A stretch of DNA of 64,000 nt from the human T2T-CHM13v2.0 reference genome, Homo sapiens. Below, piece after piece: positions 12,679 through 28,349 of the stretch. The DNA is taken from assembly GCF_009914755.1 (NCBI RefSeq), contig NC_060931.1; one strand, written 5' to 3'. The first letter of the stretch is position 1, and every line of letters starts with the position of its first letter. The translations under genes and the position numbers were made by a program. The notes beneath the pieces were generated by a model that was given only the letters and a program-made list of their open reading frames with translations, was not told the DNA's origin and ran no database searches.

Positions 12679-14344
12679 AAGCTTTTGATGTCACTGTCAA
12701 ACTACCATGCAGAAAGTTTGTTCCAATTTACACTCTTATAACCAGACTGTGAGCACTGCTAACATGAGCCCTTACCAACATGGAGTATTATTTTTAAATA
12801 TCTGTCAGTTTAAAAGGCAAAAAAAAAAACAACCTCATTATAATTTATTTGAATAGTAGGAAATATAAAACCTCTTTCACGTATTTTCAAGTGAGACTAT
12901 TTTTTCACATTCTACCTTCGAGGCTTTTCCTTGTGAATCCGTTACCCTCCTACTCCCATATTCCCAGTCCCTGCACATGCACAGTCCCTGCGCTCCAGCC
13001 TTAGCACTCCAGTTTCTGTTTTCTGAACCTTCTTTGCACGCTGTTTCCTTTGCCTTGAATGTCACCCTCCTAAGCCCAAATGTCAGCCTCCCTATGAAGT
13101 CTTTTTAGGGTGTTTTGCAATGCCTGATTTTAGGCAAATATCCCATTCTGTGATTCAGGCTCTTTATGAAGCCTAGGGTTCACTTTGGAAGTCCAATGCT
13201 GGAAAGTGACTCACTGAGAAACAGTCCTCCCATAGTAGCTCCATCAGAATGAGCTCTACCTGTTGGAAAAGTCTGCAATCTTGGGCTAATGGCCTCATAC
13301 AAAACCTTGTGAAGACCTATAGGAGAATCCAGGTTACAGCTATAGGAAGGTCCATTCTGTATAGGCCACCCGAACCTGCACAGGCACTTTTCTAGGTGGT
13401 ACTTTCTTACTGCTTTTTTCTCACAGGCAAGTCAGGAGCTTGGCTTCTGTTCAGCCGCCCAGATATACTTCTGATAAATGAAATATCTAATCCTGATGCT
13501 GTCCTGTATTTAGAACTGCCCGTGTGCTTCATTCTGTCTGGAAATGCAAAATGATTGGCATTATGGGCATTTAATAAGAATGGGCATTATTAGCAAAGTT
13601 TGAAAGTATGATTCTCTATAACCAAAGAAACTGAATTCAGTGAGATGACAATCTCTGTGAATAGCCTACGATTCATGGCTTGTAATGATCTAGGCTCTGA
13701 GTTGCTGGGGTAAAGTGCTACATAGGATATATCATGGCATTCCTGCTTCTCTCCAGTGGAGAACCTATTCACAGGGCAGAGTCCAAAGCAAAAGACTGTT
13801 TCCAGCTACAAATGATGGGCTAATCTTTTCCTACATCGGACAGGTGGGAGTGAGGCAGACTGCCGAATTCCCAGGACTCAGATTTAGAAAGACAGGAGGT
13901 GGAACTGTAATGCTGAACGCAGGAGTAAAAGAACAAGCGGAATGCCTTTTGCAGAGCATTTGGGGGAACAAAGCTTCCTCAGTATCACAGTTCACCACAT
14001 TTCTATGATAAAAATGACCTGCTGAAAATTTCTTCAGTCCATATGGGAATTCTCTTCAAGCAACAATAAAGGTCATGGTACAAAGACTACTGGACTTCCC
14101 AGTGTACATCAGCCAGGTTTAAAAATGACCTGCCCCAAAGGAGCAGCAGGAGGAGTCAGAAACAGATCCCAAATTGAACTAGAAGAGATACAATTTCCTT
14201 ATTGATAATTGGTTAAGGATTATCACAGTTGCTATGTGAAGAGATAAATGACAGAATCACACAGCTTGCCAATAATTCTGTTAGATCAGCAGGCCACAGC
14301 CCTGAATGCAACTGAGAATCACTTGAGAAGATATTTTTAATGAC

Positions 14345-15070
<726 letters not shown>

Positions 15071-15079
15071 CTGAGGAGA

Positions 15080-15893
15080 TATTAAACTACCAGTGCTCAG
15101 GCCCACCTCAAACTAATTAAGGCAGAATCTCTGGGGTGGGACCCAGGTGTCAATGTGTATAAAACACTCCCTAGGGGATTCTGAGATGTAGCCAGGGTTG
15201 AGAACCACTGATGGCTTGCCAATACCTAAAACGGATTAATTTGCCCCTCACACTTGCTCTGCTCCTGGATTCCCTTCTAAGAGAAGGGCATAACCCAGTG
15301 CTTTCCAAACTTTACTGCACATTAAAATCACCAGGGTTTTTTTTTTTTTTTGAATCCTGCTTCCCGGGTCACATTCCATACCAATTACACCACAATATCT
15401 GGGGTTAAGGCCCCGACATCAGTATTTTTAAAGATTCCAGGTGAGTCCAATGGGCAGCAAAATTTGAGACCCACTGCATAACCATGGACCAACTGTCTCA
15501 GACTAGAAACTTGAGGGTTACCTTTGATTCCTCCTTTTCTTACCCTTCAAATCTAAATTCTTCTCATCAAGCCTATTTGATCTTATCTCCTTAAACAGTG
15601 GTTCTCCAAGCGTAGTCCATGGACTTAATAAGATAACCAATTCATCCTAGTTTGCCTGGGACTTTTCTGATATTCTCATTGCAAATCCCCAGGTTCGGCA
15701 ATCTCTCTCAGAACCAGGCAAACTTACATGGTTGGTCACCCTACCAGATGAGCAGCATCAACATCATGTGGAAATGCCAATGATCAGGGCCCAGCCAGGG
15801 ACCTACTGATTCACAGACTCTGGGATGGGGCCCAGCATGCTGCCACGTGCCCTCCAGGTGAGTCTGATGAACGCTCAAGTTTGAGAACCACTG
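15080..15893. mobile_element. Cluster of three MER5-type hAT MITEs (~15080-15210, 15296-15476, 15597-15893). The last contains a nested hAT-Blackjack (MER94/MER81-like) element at ~15630-15742.
   Basis: TIR-like cagtggttctc / gagaaccactg ends and a ggttggtcaccct terminus for the nested element. Confidence 0.7.
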
Positions 15894-15969
15894 CCCTAAG
15901 CAACTCCCAAGTCTTTGCACTCCAAAGACTGATGGCTCCTCAGTAGTAAGACTCTGCAGGCTGTCGTGT

Positions 15970-16620
15970 TGGGGTGAGTACAGGACATTTGGCAATGTTT
16001 GCAGACATTTTTGGCTGTCATAATGAGAGGAAGATGCTGTATGGCAGACACACCTGAAAGCAATAACTTAAGCAGACCCTGAGAATGACCTGTGGTCTAA
16101 AAGGAATGTGTGTTTAGAGTTCCAAGCTAAGGAATCCGGGAGTAGCCAACCTGAAGATTCATTCCTTATCTATCAGGAACATCTGAACCCCTGGCCCATT
16201 CTATGGAACACGGTCGATACAGGGGATCGAGGTCCTTTGTTTTGTTGTAAACAAAGGTTGCCAGGTGGAGGTTGTTAGAGGGAGGGTGCTCAGTGAAAAT
16301 GCTGTATGAACTGCATGACTTTTACAAGCAGGAGCGGTTCTCCAGTGCAGCCTTACATACAGCCATGGGTCTGCCCTGTGTATAAGTCCCCTTCAATAAA
16401 CCCTATGTCTTGTTCGCTGACTCCAAGTCCCTTCTTTGGCCTCTCAAACATGGTGCCATCCCTACTGAAGTCAATAGGGTTCTGGCATGACAGACGCTAC
16501 TGGCATTGAGTGTGTAGAGGCCAGGGGTGCTGCTAAGTAAATATTCTACAATATTTCTGGGCCCTACAACATAGAATTAAGCATCCTAAAATATCAACAG
16601 CGCTGAGCTTGAGAAACTTT
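15970..16620. mobile_element. MER20-like hAT element split by an LTR insertion
   Basis: ggacatttggcaatg...gacatttttggctgtca before the LTR and gctactggcat...gaggccagggg after it. Confidence 0.7.
16038..16492 (+). mobile_element. ERVL-class solo LTR (LTR47-like), 5-bp TSD GAYGC
   Basis: TG...CA ends, internal AATAAA, GATGC at 16033-16037 and GACGC at 16493-16497. Subfamily assigned from memory. Confidence 0.75.
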
Positions 16621-17617
16621 CTCAGTGGCTTCAGTGCCCTTAGCTATGGGCCTTATCATCTCAGCCCTTATTTCCCAAAATCACTCACCTCTAGTCTTCC
16701 TCCCCATTTTCTATTTCCCATTTTAGGAGAGCTAAGCTCCAAACTAGATAAGTATTATAATGAATCTGGCAACTTCTAGAAGTTCTGTTATCTGAAATCA
16801 CCTATCCAGTCATTATAAAACCCACAGCTGCACATACAGCGCAATATCAGAAAATGTGGTAACCCTGTGCATGCCTTCCTTCGTCAAACTATAAGTTTAA
16901 TTGGTACTGCTTTTCGGGTTGGTTTACCAGAGCTGACATTGGAAAGCCTCTCAGGGGCTACATGGCACTCTTTTCTTGTTAAATTCATCAGTGAGTTTTA
17001 GTAATATATGTAAAAGTGATTAGGAGTAATAAACAAAACATTTTCCCTCCTTTGGATGAGATATGTATAAACGTATTTCCAAAGGCGCTGGGTGCATTTT
17101 GGTAGCCGTTTAATGAATGCTGCTAGATGACACTGGTCTTAAAATGTATTAAGTGTTGCAATAAACAGTGAAATATATTAGACTGAAAGTAACTTTCTGG
17201 CATTGCTAATTTATTTAATTTACTGACCATTCACTTATATTTGCCTCATCTGCTCTCACTTGAAGGCTGCAAAGAGTTTACTCTTTTTTGTCAAAACAAT
17301 TTGGATGAAACAGATGAAGAGAAAAGGGCCATGTGGTGCCCATTTGCCCAGCTCCTAGAACCACAGGTGCATCGTGTTTGATAAGAGCCTCTCCGCAGGA
17401 AAGACATGCATTCCGCTCCTGTTTCTACTACAGCACCTTTCTTCTGCAAATTGGACAGTAATTTATAACACAGAAGATAATTATAAATACATTTATATTA
17501 GCCCTTAAGACTTTTTCTGGTACACAAATAATTGTCTATAAAGTGACAGTTCTCAGAAATCTTGTATTTAACTTTCCTTTGTCTAACTTTTTTTCATGTT
17601 ATGTCAGGACTCATTAG

Positions 17618-17974
<357 letters not shown>

Positions 17975-18451
17975 AAGTTTATGTTTCTTTTAGTTATAGC
18001 AGACTTGCTTTTCTTAAAACAATATTTACACATATCTAGAACATTAACAAAATATTTTGAAAATATGGGTAGTTCTAATGCATTTAAACTTTTATAAGTT
18101 GTCATAAGTTTTATAACCATAACAAAAACAAACATTTGCTGAAAACACAATACAGTTGTACATTTCAACACTACATCATTTGAAGCTCCCTTCAAGGTAC
18201 AGTAAGGCTCAAGTTGTTGGCTTCATATCACAATGCACTAACATCAATTTTCCCATTGGATACTGTTTTATGTTGCAAGAACCTTTATTTAAGTGTCATT
18301 GGACTATCATTCTGTAAAAGTAATGGTAATCTATGTGCTAATATGTCCCATTTCTTACTTTATGACAACTCCACTTACCCCCTAAATTCTAATACCTTCA
18401 TTTAATCCATAAAAATGCCAATTTGCTAGTGAGAGAGCAGGCAAGACTTAC

Positions 18452-18507
18452 CAGGATCTGGGAGTCTTTGTGGAGAGGTTCAGGCAGCAAACGGGGCATG
18501 TGAAGAC
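18452..18507 (-). other. LAMB4: Probable non-coding first exon (5' UTR) of LAMB4; 5' end approximate
   Basis: Consensus donor CTG|GTAAGT at 18450-18451. TATA-like TACATAAA about 29 nt upstream of 18507. Position agrees with my recollection of the LAMB4 gene structure. Confidence 0.7.
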
Positions 18508-18700
18508 ACACCTGAAAGTTAGAGCCAGTTTATGTAGAAAACATTCTCCCCGAGGCACCTAAAAGTAGGGAAAAAAAAAGACAAGAGGTATTCCAATGCC
18601 TGTCAAAAAGGTGATTTGTGAAGTCACTTAAGTTTTAACTTATACACACACACACACCCACACACACACATAAACAGGGAAATAGAGCTCAGTTTTACAG
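18508..18700 (-). promoter_or_regulatory. LAMB4: Probable LAMB4 core promoter (non-CpG) with TATA variant TACATAAA at 18529-18536 and an adjacent (CA)n/(TG)n tract at ~18643-18670
   Basis: Motifs seen directly upstream of the putative exon 1. Promoter function is inferred. Confidence 0.5.
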
Positions 18701-21463
18701 CAAATATTTTTCTTGTTTTCTCTAAAACCAATTTTAATAGCCAGGAATAATGCACAGACATTTTGTTCCCTGATTTATTTATGTTTTTCTGGTTCATGTT
18801 TTAGCGGTCATTTTCAGACAGCTTGATACTTACCAGCTATAAAATGTGCGGAATTAGATGGGCTTGTTTCTCAGGAATGTGAGACCCCTGACTCCATCCC
18901 AATCTACTTTCAGGCGGACCAGGTGGAATAGTTTCAGATGGGTTCCCAAGGCTCTGACCAGTCCTACCTGGCTCAAGATCATCTTAAATGGCTCATAGAT
19001 TTCTGTTTACCTTGTGATTCGGCAAGTACAACTAACCATTGTGGGAATGGCAAGTTTAAGTGGTTTTGGAATCCATGTGGTTTGAAATTTCATTCTCCTA
19101 CGAGGAAGGTTTATAGTATAGAAATGAACCTACAGCAATCTTACATTTTATTCACTTGTCAGTGGATTAATATCTCCATTTCAAATCTGTGCAGTTTCAA
19201 TGGGTAAGTTTATTGGTTGCTTGAAAAAACATTTAGGATTTCTAGAAGCTCATGGAAAATACCCTTAGGGAAGAATAATGATTGTGAACTGAGCCAAAAT
19301 GAGATGCTCATTTTTACACAACATTTACAAATCAGGAAATAGATTCAACAAACTTTCACCAAATACCACTCTTACAGGCCTTTAAGCTTTTTCAAGGGTA
19401 TTTTTCAATGCTTCTTACCTGTTATTTGTGTTTTAATTTATTGCTCTATTTTTCCATCGATGCCACTGTTTTTAATTTTGTTCCCTATAGGTCAGGTTCA
19501 TCTGCTCACTTCTGATGTACTAGAAAGCAAACTCCAAGAGGGCAGGAACATGTCTTTTCCATTTTAGGATGAAGTATAGAAGAAGCTTGCAGTCAATATT
19601 TGCTAAACTAACTTGTTTTATTTATTTTTTACAAGCCAACAGCTGCCACAAAGTACCAGGTGGTAGGAGACCAAAGAGCAGTATTTGGTTTTTAGGTGGA
19701 TACTTCAGCAAAGTGTGTGAGTGAAATCAAGGGACTTTCAGTTTGTTCAATTGACGGGTTTGTGATCTGTTTTATTAGACCAATACTATTTTCCCTTTAG
19801 ACTCTTAAATTATTGTGCAAAGCATAAACTCTAGGCATTAAAATTTATATAATTTTTAAACTTATTTCAAACATTGGAATTTCATATTGTCTTTTTTGCC
19901 TTTTGAGATATGTAAATTTTAAAAGCTTGTTGCATTCTTGAGTGATTTGATTATATCTTGAGGGGTTTTCCTGTTATATGTGTCTCCAGTTTTATGACGA
20001 GAATCAAAGTTACATGGTTCAAATTTCAAAAATTTCCCTTTAAATAATCATGAATAGGTTATCGTAGGCTGTTTTCCTGTAAACTGATGGCATGTCTTGG
20101 GGTATCTGCTTTCATCTCAATGAGTTAACTATTTACCTCTTAAGATTAGGTGTAGAGTTAGAAGCTGTCAGGCAGGATATATTTTCAAGAAAAATAATTT
20201 TCCCATGCAACTAAAAGATCAGTCTATCAGTTAATCAGAAGCAGTCTTTCAGTATAGCTCTCCTTAAAGTGTTGATATCTTTTTTATTAAAAGGAAAATA
20301 GCTTTATTGCTTTTCCTGGAGAGTAGTATATGCTCTTTTACCCAAAATCGGACAATATAAAAATTCAAAGGAAAAAGAAAGTAAAAATCCTTGAAAGCCT
20401 CAAATTTTTTGGTAACTATCTTTCCAGATCCCTCCTCCTCATTCTCTGGTTCTTTTCTTTAGTCTATATACGCCTGTAATTTTTCTTTAGTCTCTATTTC
20501 TTCAGTCACAGAACCTTAAAAACCAACAGATTCCATTAGGTAAAATTGACCTATCAGAATTCATTTGTTGCAAGTATACATGTTAATGCCTTCGGTTGAA
20601 CTAAAGTTAAATGTGAGAGAGGTGAATATTTCATCTCTTCCTTAAGACGAGGTATTTCCTCAGAAGTCAGCCTGGGAAGAAATTCCTGGCGCAGCCTCAT
20701 CTCAACCAGAACTGCTTGGTGAGCCTTCTCTCGCTGTGGCCTTGCCCGTCATTCCCGCGCGGTGGCCCACCTAACTGCAGGGCTGAGGAGGTTGTTCCTA
20801 AAAAGACTTGCCCACAGTCGGGATTCCATGAGGGCTAAGGAGTCTTCACTGGGCACAGCGAGGCTTGCAAGTCCTGACAGGAAGTGTGGAGGATTACTCA
20901 GTCACAGAAAACCTTGAAACAGCTAATCAGCCTTTAATTAGATTCAGTGAACCTGAATGAAGCTAAGATCCCAGGGCTTGAGGCAGCTGACGTACTCTGC
21001 CAAAGCTCTGAAAGGACAGAAGGGAGCGGACTGCCTACAACGCCCTCAGGCAGCGAGGAAGTGGCAAAACCCTCCCTGACAGAACCCTTGTCAACCCCCT
21101 TTGTATTGTCTCAGAGTGACCCCAGACAGAGGGCTCATTGGCACCTGGAGAGAACCCCAATGGACTTACCATTTGGCTTCTCTTATAACCAACTCTCCCA
21201 GTTCTTCCCCTAACAGGAAGACCCATCCAGCCTGCAGTGGCCTGGGCCTGAGGTTATCCTGGCATCTTCCACCTCAGAATCTGCCTTGGCGTGCTCTAAT
21301 TACAGAGACTGAGGTAGATGGAGCTCGCAGGGCATTTAGGAGAGAGGAGGAGAGGAGACTCAGGTCCATTGATTGTTCTTATAATCCCTGCAACAATCTA
21401 AAAATACATTGCAACATTTATAGGTAAGTGTTAAAATGTACCAAATTTTACAGTTGTTGATAA

Positions 21464-21791
<328 letters not shown>

Positions 21792-22851
21792 AAAAGCTGT
21801 GTCATTTCTAAGCAAAAATTAACCAGTCTTACAGTGTGAGACCCAGCTAGGACTTTAGAGATAATTATAGTTCTCTTTGTCCTTGAGAAAAAATGAAAAT
21901 CTAGAGAGTTAAATGACTCAGCTAAAGCCACACATTAGTCCACGGCCACCTCACTGTAACAGCCCACAGTGGACGCCATGTTTCTTTTGTTGTTTGGCGT
22001 GGTAGCTTTGTGGCATAGTCACACTAGCACTCTTGAAGATTTCAGTGAATCTGGGGGAATGGGAATGTTTTGTAAGAGAATAAGTTGTACTAAATAATTT
22101 AATCCCCTCATCAACCTGTGAGGTAGACACTAAATTATTCTCATTTTATAAATGAGGAAACTGAGGCACAAAGAAGTTAAGTAACTTGCCTATCATCACA
22201 CAGATATCAACATTTCTTTTAATTCCCCCGAGATGAACTGAAATAGCAAGAAAGCAGGGGAAGTAGAGTAGTAAAGATCAGGTTGTTGGGGGCCAGTCTC
22301 AGGTATCAAATGGCAGAACCAATCCTCCCAGGGACCTTCCCTTCCATCACGCTGAACTGTGCCAGGAAAAATTGTGAAAATCTTTGAAATGAACAAAAAT
22401 ATTACTTGGTATCTTATGTAGTATATCTTTCCTGTTTATTTCTGTGTTTGAGCTACTTTACAACTCTGTACTCTTAGAATACTGATAGTAGTACAAACGA
22501 CTCTTGTCCATGGAAATGCCAGTCGTGTCCTGTAGAGATGCAGTTCATTATTGCCATATAGATATTGATAGATACAGATACCAGCCAATTGATTTCAGCA
22601 TTTCTGATGGCCTATACATGTGTGTTTTTTAAAAACTTCTCCTTTGAACTGGTCATAACATTCTCTTGTTTCTCTCATTAATGAACAAATTGAATAGAAT
22701 CTTTGGTATATATTTGCTTTATATTTGTATAAGAGTCATGATTTTGCCTTTAAAAATATTAACCCTTAACATCTGCTTGGCATTCCTAAGTGTGCCTGTG
22801 TGGTGTATGTGGTTTCTCCTGCATGGAATGTTTTGCCTACTTTATCTAGAT

Positions 22852-23180
22852 CAAGGATCAGCACTCTACAACCCACAGGTCCATGCTGGCCACTGCCTGC
22901 TTTTATGGGGCCTGCAAACTAAGAACGGCTTTTACATTTTTAGATATTAAGAAAAATTTTAAAAAATAGTATTTTGTGACATATAGCAATGATATGAAAT
23001 ACAAATTTTTGCACTCACAAATAGTTTAATTAGAACTGTCCAATTGATTATCTACATATTGTCTACAGCTGCCTTGTTTATGCTACAATGGCAGAGTTGA
23101 GTAGTTGTGAGAGACCATACCACCTGCAAAGCCAAAAACTCCTACTAGCTGACACTTTACAGAAAAATTTGTTAAGCAAT
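22852..23180. mobile_element. MER58-like hAT DNA element
   Basis: MER58-like text (ctacaatggcagagttgagtagttgtgagagacc...cctgcaaagcc). Boundaries approximate. Confidence 0.6.
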
Positions 23181-24498
23181 GATCTACTTCATGCTGCTAG
23201 AGTCTCAGTATCACCTCCAGGTCATTTTCTCTACTCCTCCATTCTGGGCTGTGTTTCCATTTCCTGATGCATGTAATCCCCTGTGTGTGTGTCTACTTTA
23301 GCAGTTGCCATCCCTGCTGTGTGGCTGACTCTCTCCTTATACCTCCACATCTAGTCTGTAAAGCCTTCAAGGACATGGGTTTTGTCTTATTTACCCTTCC
23401 ATCCCCAATGCCTAAGATAGTGACTGGCACGTAATTTGCACTCAAAATTTGTTGAATAAATGCTTCTTATCCTGTACTGGGTAACAAGGGCATTTGCATA
23501 GCATGGTATTCCGAACAAGTATTTAACAACTGGCTAGCTATCAACCTTATTTTTAAGATAAGATGACAGAAATCAGTTTTTATCTTAATCCCCAGAAATG
23601 AAATGATACAGCAAGGAAGTGTTCGGGTAGAGGCAGTGAAGACAAGCTTGCTGGGGCTTGGCAAGAGTGGCTGTGCTCTGAGAAGGTGGAATGTGCCTGG
23701 ATGAGAGCACATGTTTAAAACATCTTAAGGAGACTGCCCAGTTCTAACCAGTGTCCAACCTGGGCAGAGATCGGAACAGCTTCTGGGAGTAGCTTTCTCA
23801 TTGTTTTTCACCTGCCTACTTATCTGTGGGTTTCAGAGTCCCTTCTGCTTGTCTTTCCATCTCCATTAATTCTTTGGTTTTTCTGCTTTGCCCTTCTTGT
23901 CATGTCAAGAAACTTTCACCTTGGTCTTGTGGCTTCCTGTATCACTCAGTGTGTCTTACCCAAGCACGTCTCCGGAGGCCAGTTCTGCTTTCTCAGGCAG
24001 CTCTTTGTGCTGCTCCAAATTTTCACTTCCGGAAGGTATCATTGGTGAGGAAAGCCAAGGGGTCACGTCACATTCAGTAATCAATATGGGATTTAGGTGA
24101 TTAAAATAGCTTAGAGAATGAAAATATGGTTAGGAACAAGATTTTCAGAAAACTCTAAGCACTCTTTCAGAACTAAGCATTGTACGATTACAACTGCTCC
24201 CCAAATTGGCATCAGTTCTTTTCTGAATCTGTTGATTCTCTTCCTCAGTCTTCAGGTGTGCTTCTCTGCCTTGTCCTGCTACAGGATTTGTCATCACTTG
24301 GATGATCTAGGAATTCAGGTCCCAGACTTGAAATCATGTGGAGTCTTATATCTCCTCCGCCTACCATAGGCCTAAGCACAAATGTCAGTTCCTCAAAGGC
24401 AGTGACCTTCTGTTTCCTTTGCAACCCTCCCACATCTGGCATATTATAGAAGCTACAGGAGGTATTGGCATTGATAAGATCATATTTCCATTTCCCAC

Positions 24499-25325
<827 letters not shown>

Positions 25326-25369
25326 TGAGTTTGTTGAACTTTTGCTTTTCCAAACTAAATGTTTCCCCT

Positions 25370-25830
25370 TGTATTAGTTCCCTCTTGCTGCTGTAACAAA
25401 ACTACCGCAAACTTGGTGACTGAAAACAACACAAATTTATTATCTTACAGTTAAGAAGTCAGAAGTTTGGAATCAGTCTCACTAAGCTAAAGCCAAGGGT
25501 TGGCAGGTCTGGTTCCTTCTGGAGGCTCTGAGGGGAGAATCCATTCCCTTGCCTTTTTCAGCTTCCAGAAGCTTCTGTGGCTCCTTCTTTGTGTCACACA
25601 AACCTCTTGCTTCCATTGTCATGTCTCTTGTTACTAAGGTGGATTCTCCTGCCTTCCTTTTACAGGGACCACTGTGACTTTATTGTGCCCACTAGGATCA
25701 TCCAGGATATCCGTCTCTATATTCTTAATCACATTTTTGAAGTCACTATTGCCATGTCATATATTCACAGGTTCCAGGGATTAATTAGGCTATGCACATC
25801 TTGGTGGGGGGCATTATTCTTTCTGCTCTA
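25370..25830 (-). mobile_element. MLT1D/E-like MaLR LTR
   Basis: tgtattagtt...gctgctgtaacaaa...aaacaacacaaatttattatcttacagtt. Confidence 0.75.
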
Positions 25831-27164
25831 CCCTCTTTCCATCTATTTCCTTTCCAAATTTCATTCATTTTCCAGGGTCCTCTTCTAGGATTCCTCTATT
25901 TCAGCCCACAGTGGCATCTGTCTTTGTAATTATAGTCTATAGACCACCACAGGGCTTGGTCCTAGATCTCTAATTGTTGGGTATGAAGTCACCTGGTCCG
26001 CCACATGCCCTGAAGGGAAGGTGCCTGAAGTGCAGAGATCATTGTTTTCATTCTTCCATCTCTCTTGAAATCTGTGACATTAGCTATGGGCCCAAAGATG
26101 TAAAAAATTGCTTGATGGAAGGATTTGCTTTTTTTTGGAGTAACTAGATGCAGAGGGGTAAATCTAGACCTCTAGATTTGCCCTCTCTTCCTCCTTTGTC
26201 CACGTGCTATGGAAGTAAGACTGAGCTTGGCTAAACAGAGTAGAGAGCCAAGATCCCTAGTCATTGTCTACCCATGAGCAAGCTCTCCTGAATACAACTG
26301 GTTAAGCGGTTAGGCATGACTTTCATATTCTTACTGTGTCCTTCCCATCTCTATGGAAAATAATTATCATGACACAACCCTGACAACCTCTAACCAGTCC
26401 CAACAAGGTTTAGGGGACTTTATGAAACAACCTATAAGAAGAGAGAAAGTCAAGGAAGTCTTGGCTCTGCCTTCTGAAGCATCTGGCAGCTTCACGACCA
26501 TCAGAGCTTAGATGATTCTTGAAAGCTGGCTGCCCTCGTGCCATGCTCTATATGCAAAAATCCAAAGAGAAAGATATGGGTCTCTGCTCTTCTACAAAAG
26601 TGGGTCCAAGCCTAGGTAGTCAGCTCCAAACCTGCATAGCCAGGAACAGCCATGTCTTTCCTTTTCATAGCTTTTGGACTAGGGGGCTCCTGGCCTTTAA
26701 AAACAATAGGCTTGTTTTTCATTTTTAAATATTAGTCTTTTACAACTGGACAGACTTATAGGCCTACTCTCTTCTCATTTTGGATATCCGACTTTCACTT
26801 AGTTTAGATTTAAGGAGAAATAATTTAAAGAAAGAGCTTGTATTCTGGAGTCAGACACACTTGAGTTCATAGACTAGGTCTCTTCTACAGCTGTGTAATC
26901 TTTGGAAATAAAAGCAACGCCACCTCACAGGATTGGTGAGAACATTAGATGGGAATGATGTACACATTGCCTTGTATAATACTTGGAATTTAATGGGCAG
27001 TGAAGTTGGGTTATCTTCTTCTTCCTCCTCATTTTAATCCAGAAATTCCTTGCTAAATGAAGAGCATTAAATGCTGGAAACACATATAAAGTAGGAAAAC
27101 ACAAGGATTGTTTGTATTTGGGGGACAGGATGTGAAAGAATGTAAAATAATTTGCAAAGGATTA

Positions 27165-27562
27165 TGTCTTAGGCTGCTTGGACTGTCATAACAATACCAC
27201 AGACTGGGTGGCTGAAACAACAGAAGTTTATTTTCTTACAGTTCTGGAGGCTACATATTCCAGAGCAAGCTGCCAGCCAACTCAATTCCTGGCAAGGATT
27301 CCCTTTCTGGTTTGCAGATGACCACCTTCTCTCTGTCCTCACATGGCAGAGAGAGAGAGAGAGAAAGAAAGAGAGAACAAGCTCTGTGTTGTCTCTTACT
27401 ATAAAGACACTACTCCTATCAGATCAGGACCTCACTGTTATAATTTCATTTAGCCTTAGTTACCTCCAGAAAGATCCCGTCTGTAAACACAGTGACACTG
27501 GGAGTTGGGGCTTCAACATATGAATTTGGGGTGGAGGGTGACACAAATATCCAGTCCATACA
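27165..27562 (-). mobile_element. MLT1A-like MaLR LTR with internal (GA)n
   Basis: tgtcttag...aataccacagactgggtggc...cttcaacatatgaattt...cagtccata. Confidence 0.8.
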
Positions 27563-28349
27563 GATTTCAAGGTCATGTTTACACTTGAAATTTTCTTTCA
27601 TTTCAGATTTTATCTTGGGCATTTTAATTGCATTAAGATTGAGAAGAATGCTTCTTTCCCTACTTCTGCCTTTTTGGACTGTGGTGGCATCAGCCAGTGC
27701 TATGGCCTTTCCCCACAGCAGTGGAGATGAGTGGAGTCTTCTCACAGGTCCCCAGTGCATCTGCCCAGTGAGAGTTCCTGTAGTTCACTGCAGATGAAAT
27801 GGGCTTCTCATGCTACCTCAGTTACCAGAATCGCCCTCTTTAGAGTCTCCTCCCCTCCAAAGATGATGTGGTCTCTCCACATATCATGCCCTCCCTGTTT
27901 CTTATCCTAAGTCAGTTGTTCATTGAGTGCATCAAGATGCCAGTTGCTGCTACATTTTTCATTGCTTATTCTGATATCTCTGTATCTCCACTCAATGCAG
28001 CAATGCTTTACTCTGAAAAAGCATTTGGTCACAGTGTTTCTATGCAAAGCTGCTGCATGCCTATATTTTTATTCATAGTATCCGATGGCATTGTATAAAA
28101 CGGTGTGTTTTCTTTTTAAGGGACTGAGAACATTTTTTTCCCCCAGAGAAAATAGAAAAGAACAGGTCTGAAGGGGAAACCACAAACAGGGGCGACAAAA
28201 GCAGGCACTAAGGGAAAGACATCTCATTTGCCTTGGTGGTCTGGGGAAGTTTTTGTCAAAGGAATTGCTTTAAAAATGCTGAATTTGTGGAAAAATGGTT
28301 GCATGCATACCCCAGTGAGACTTATATAAAAAGAATCTGGGAATGGTTG

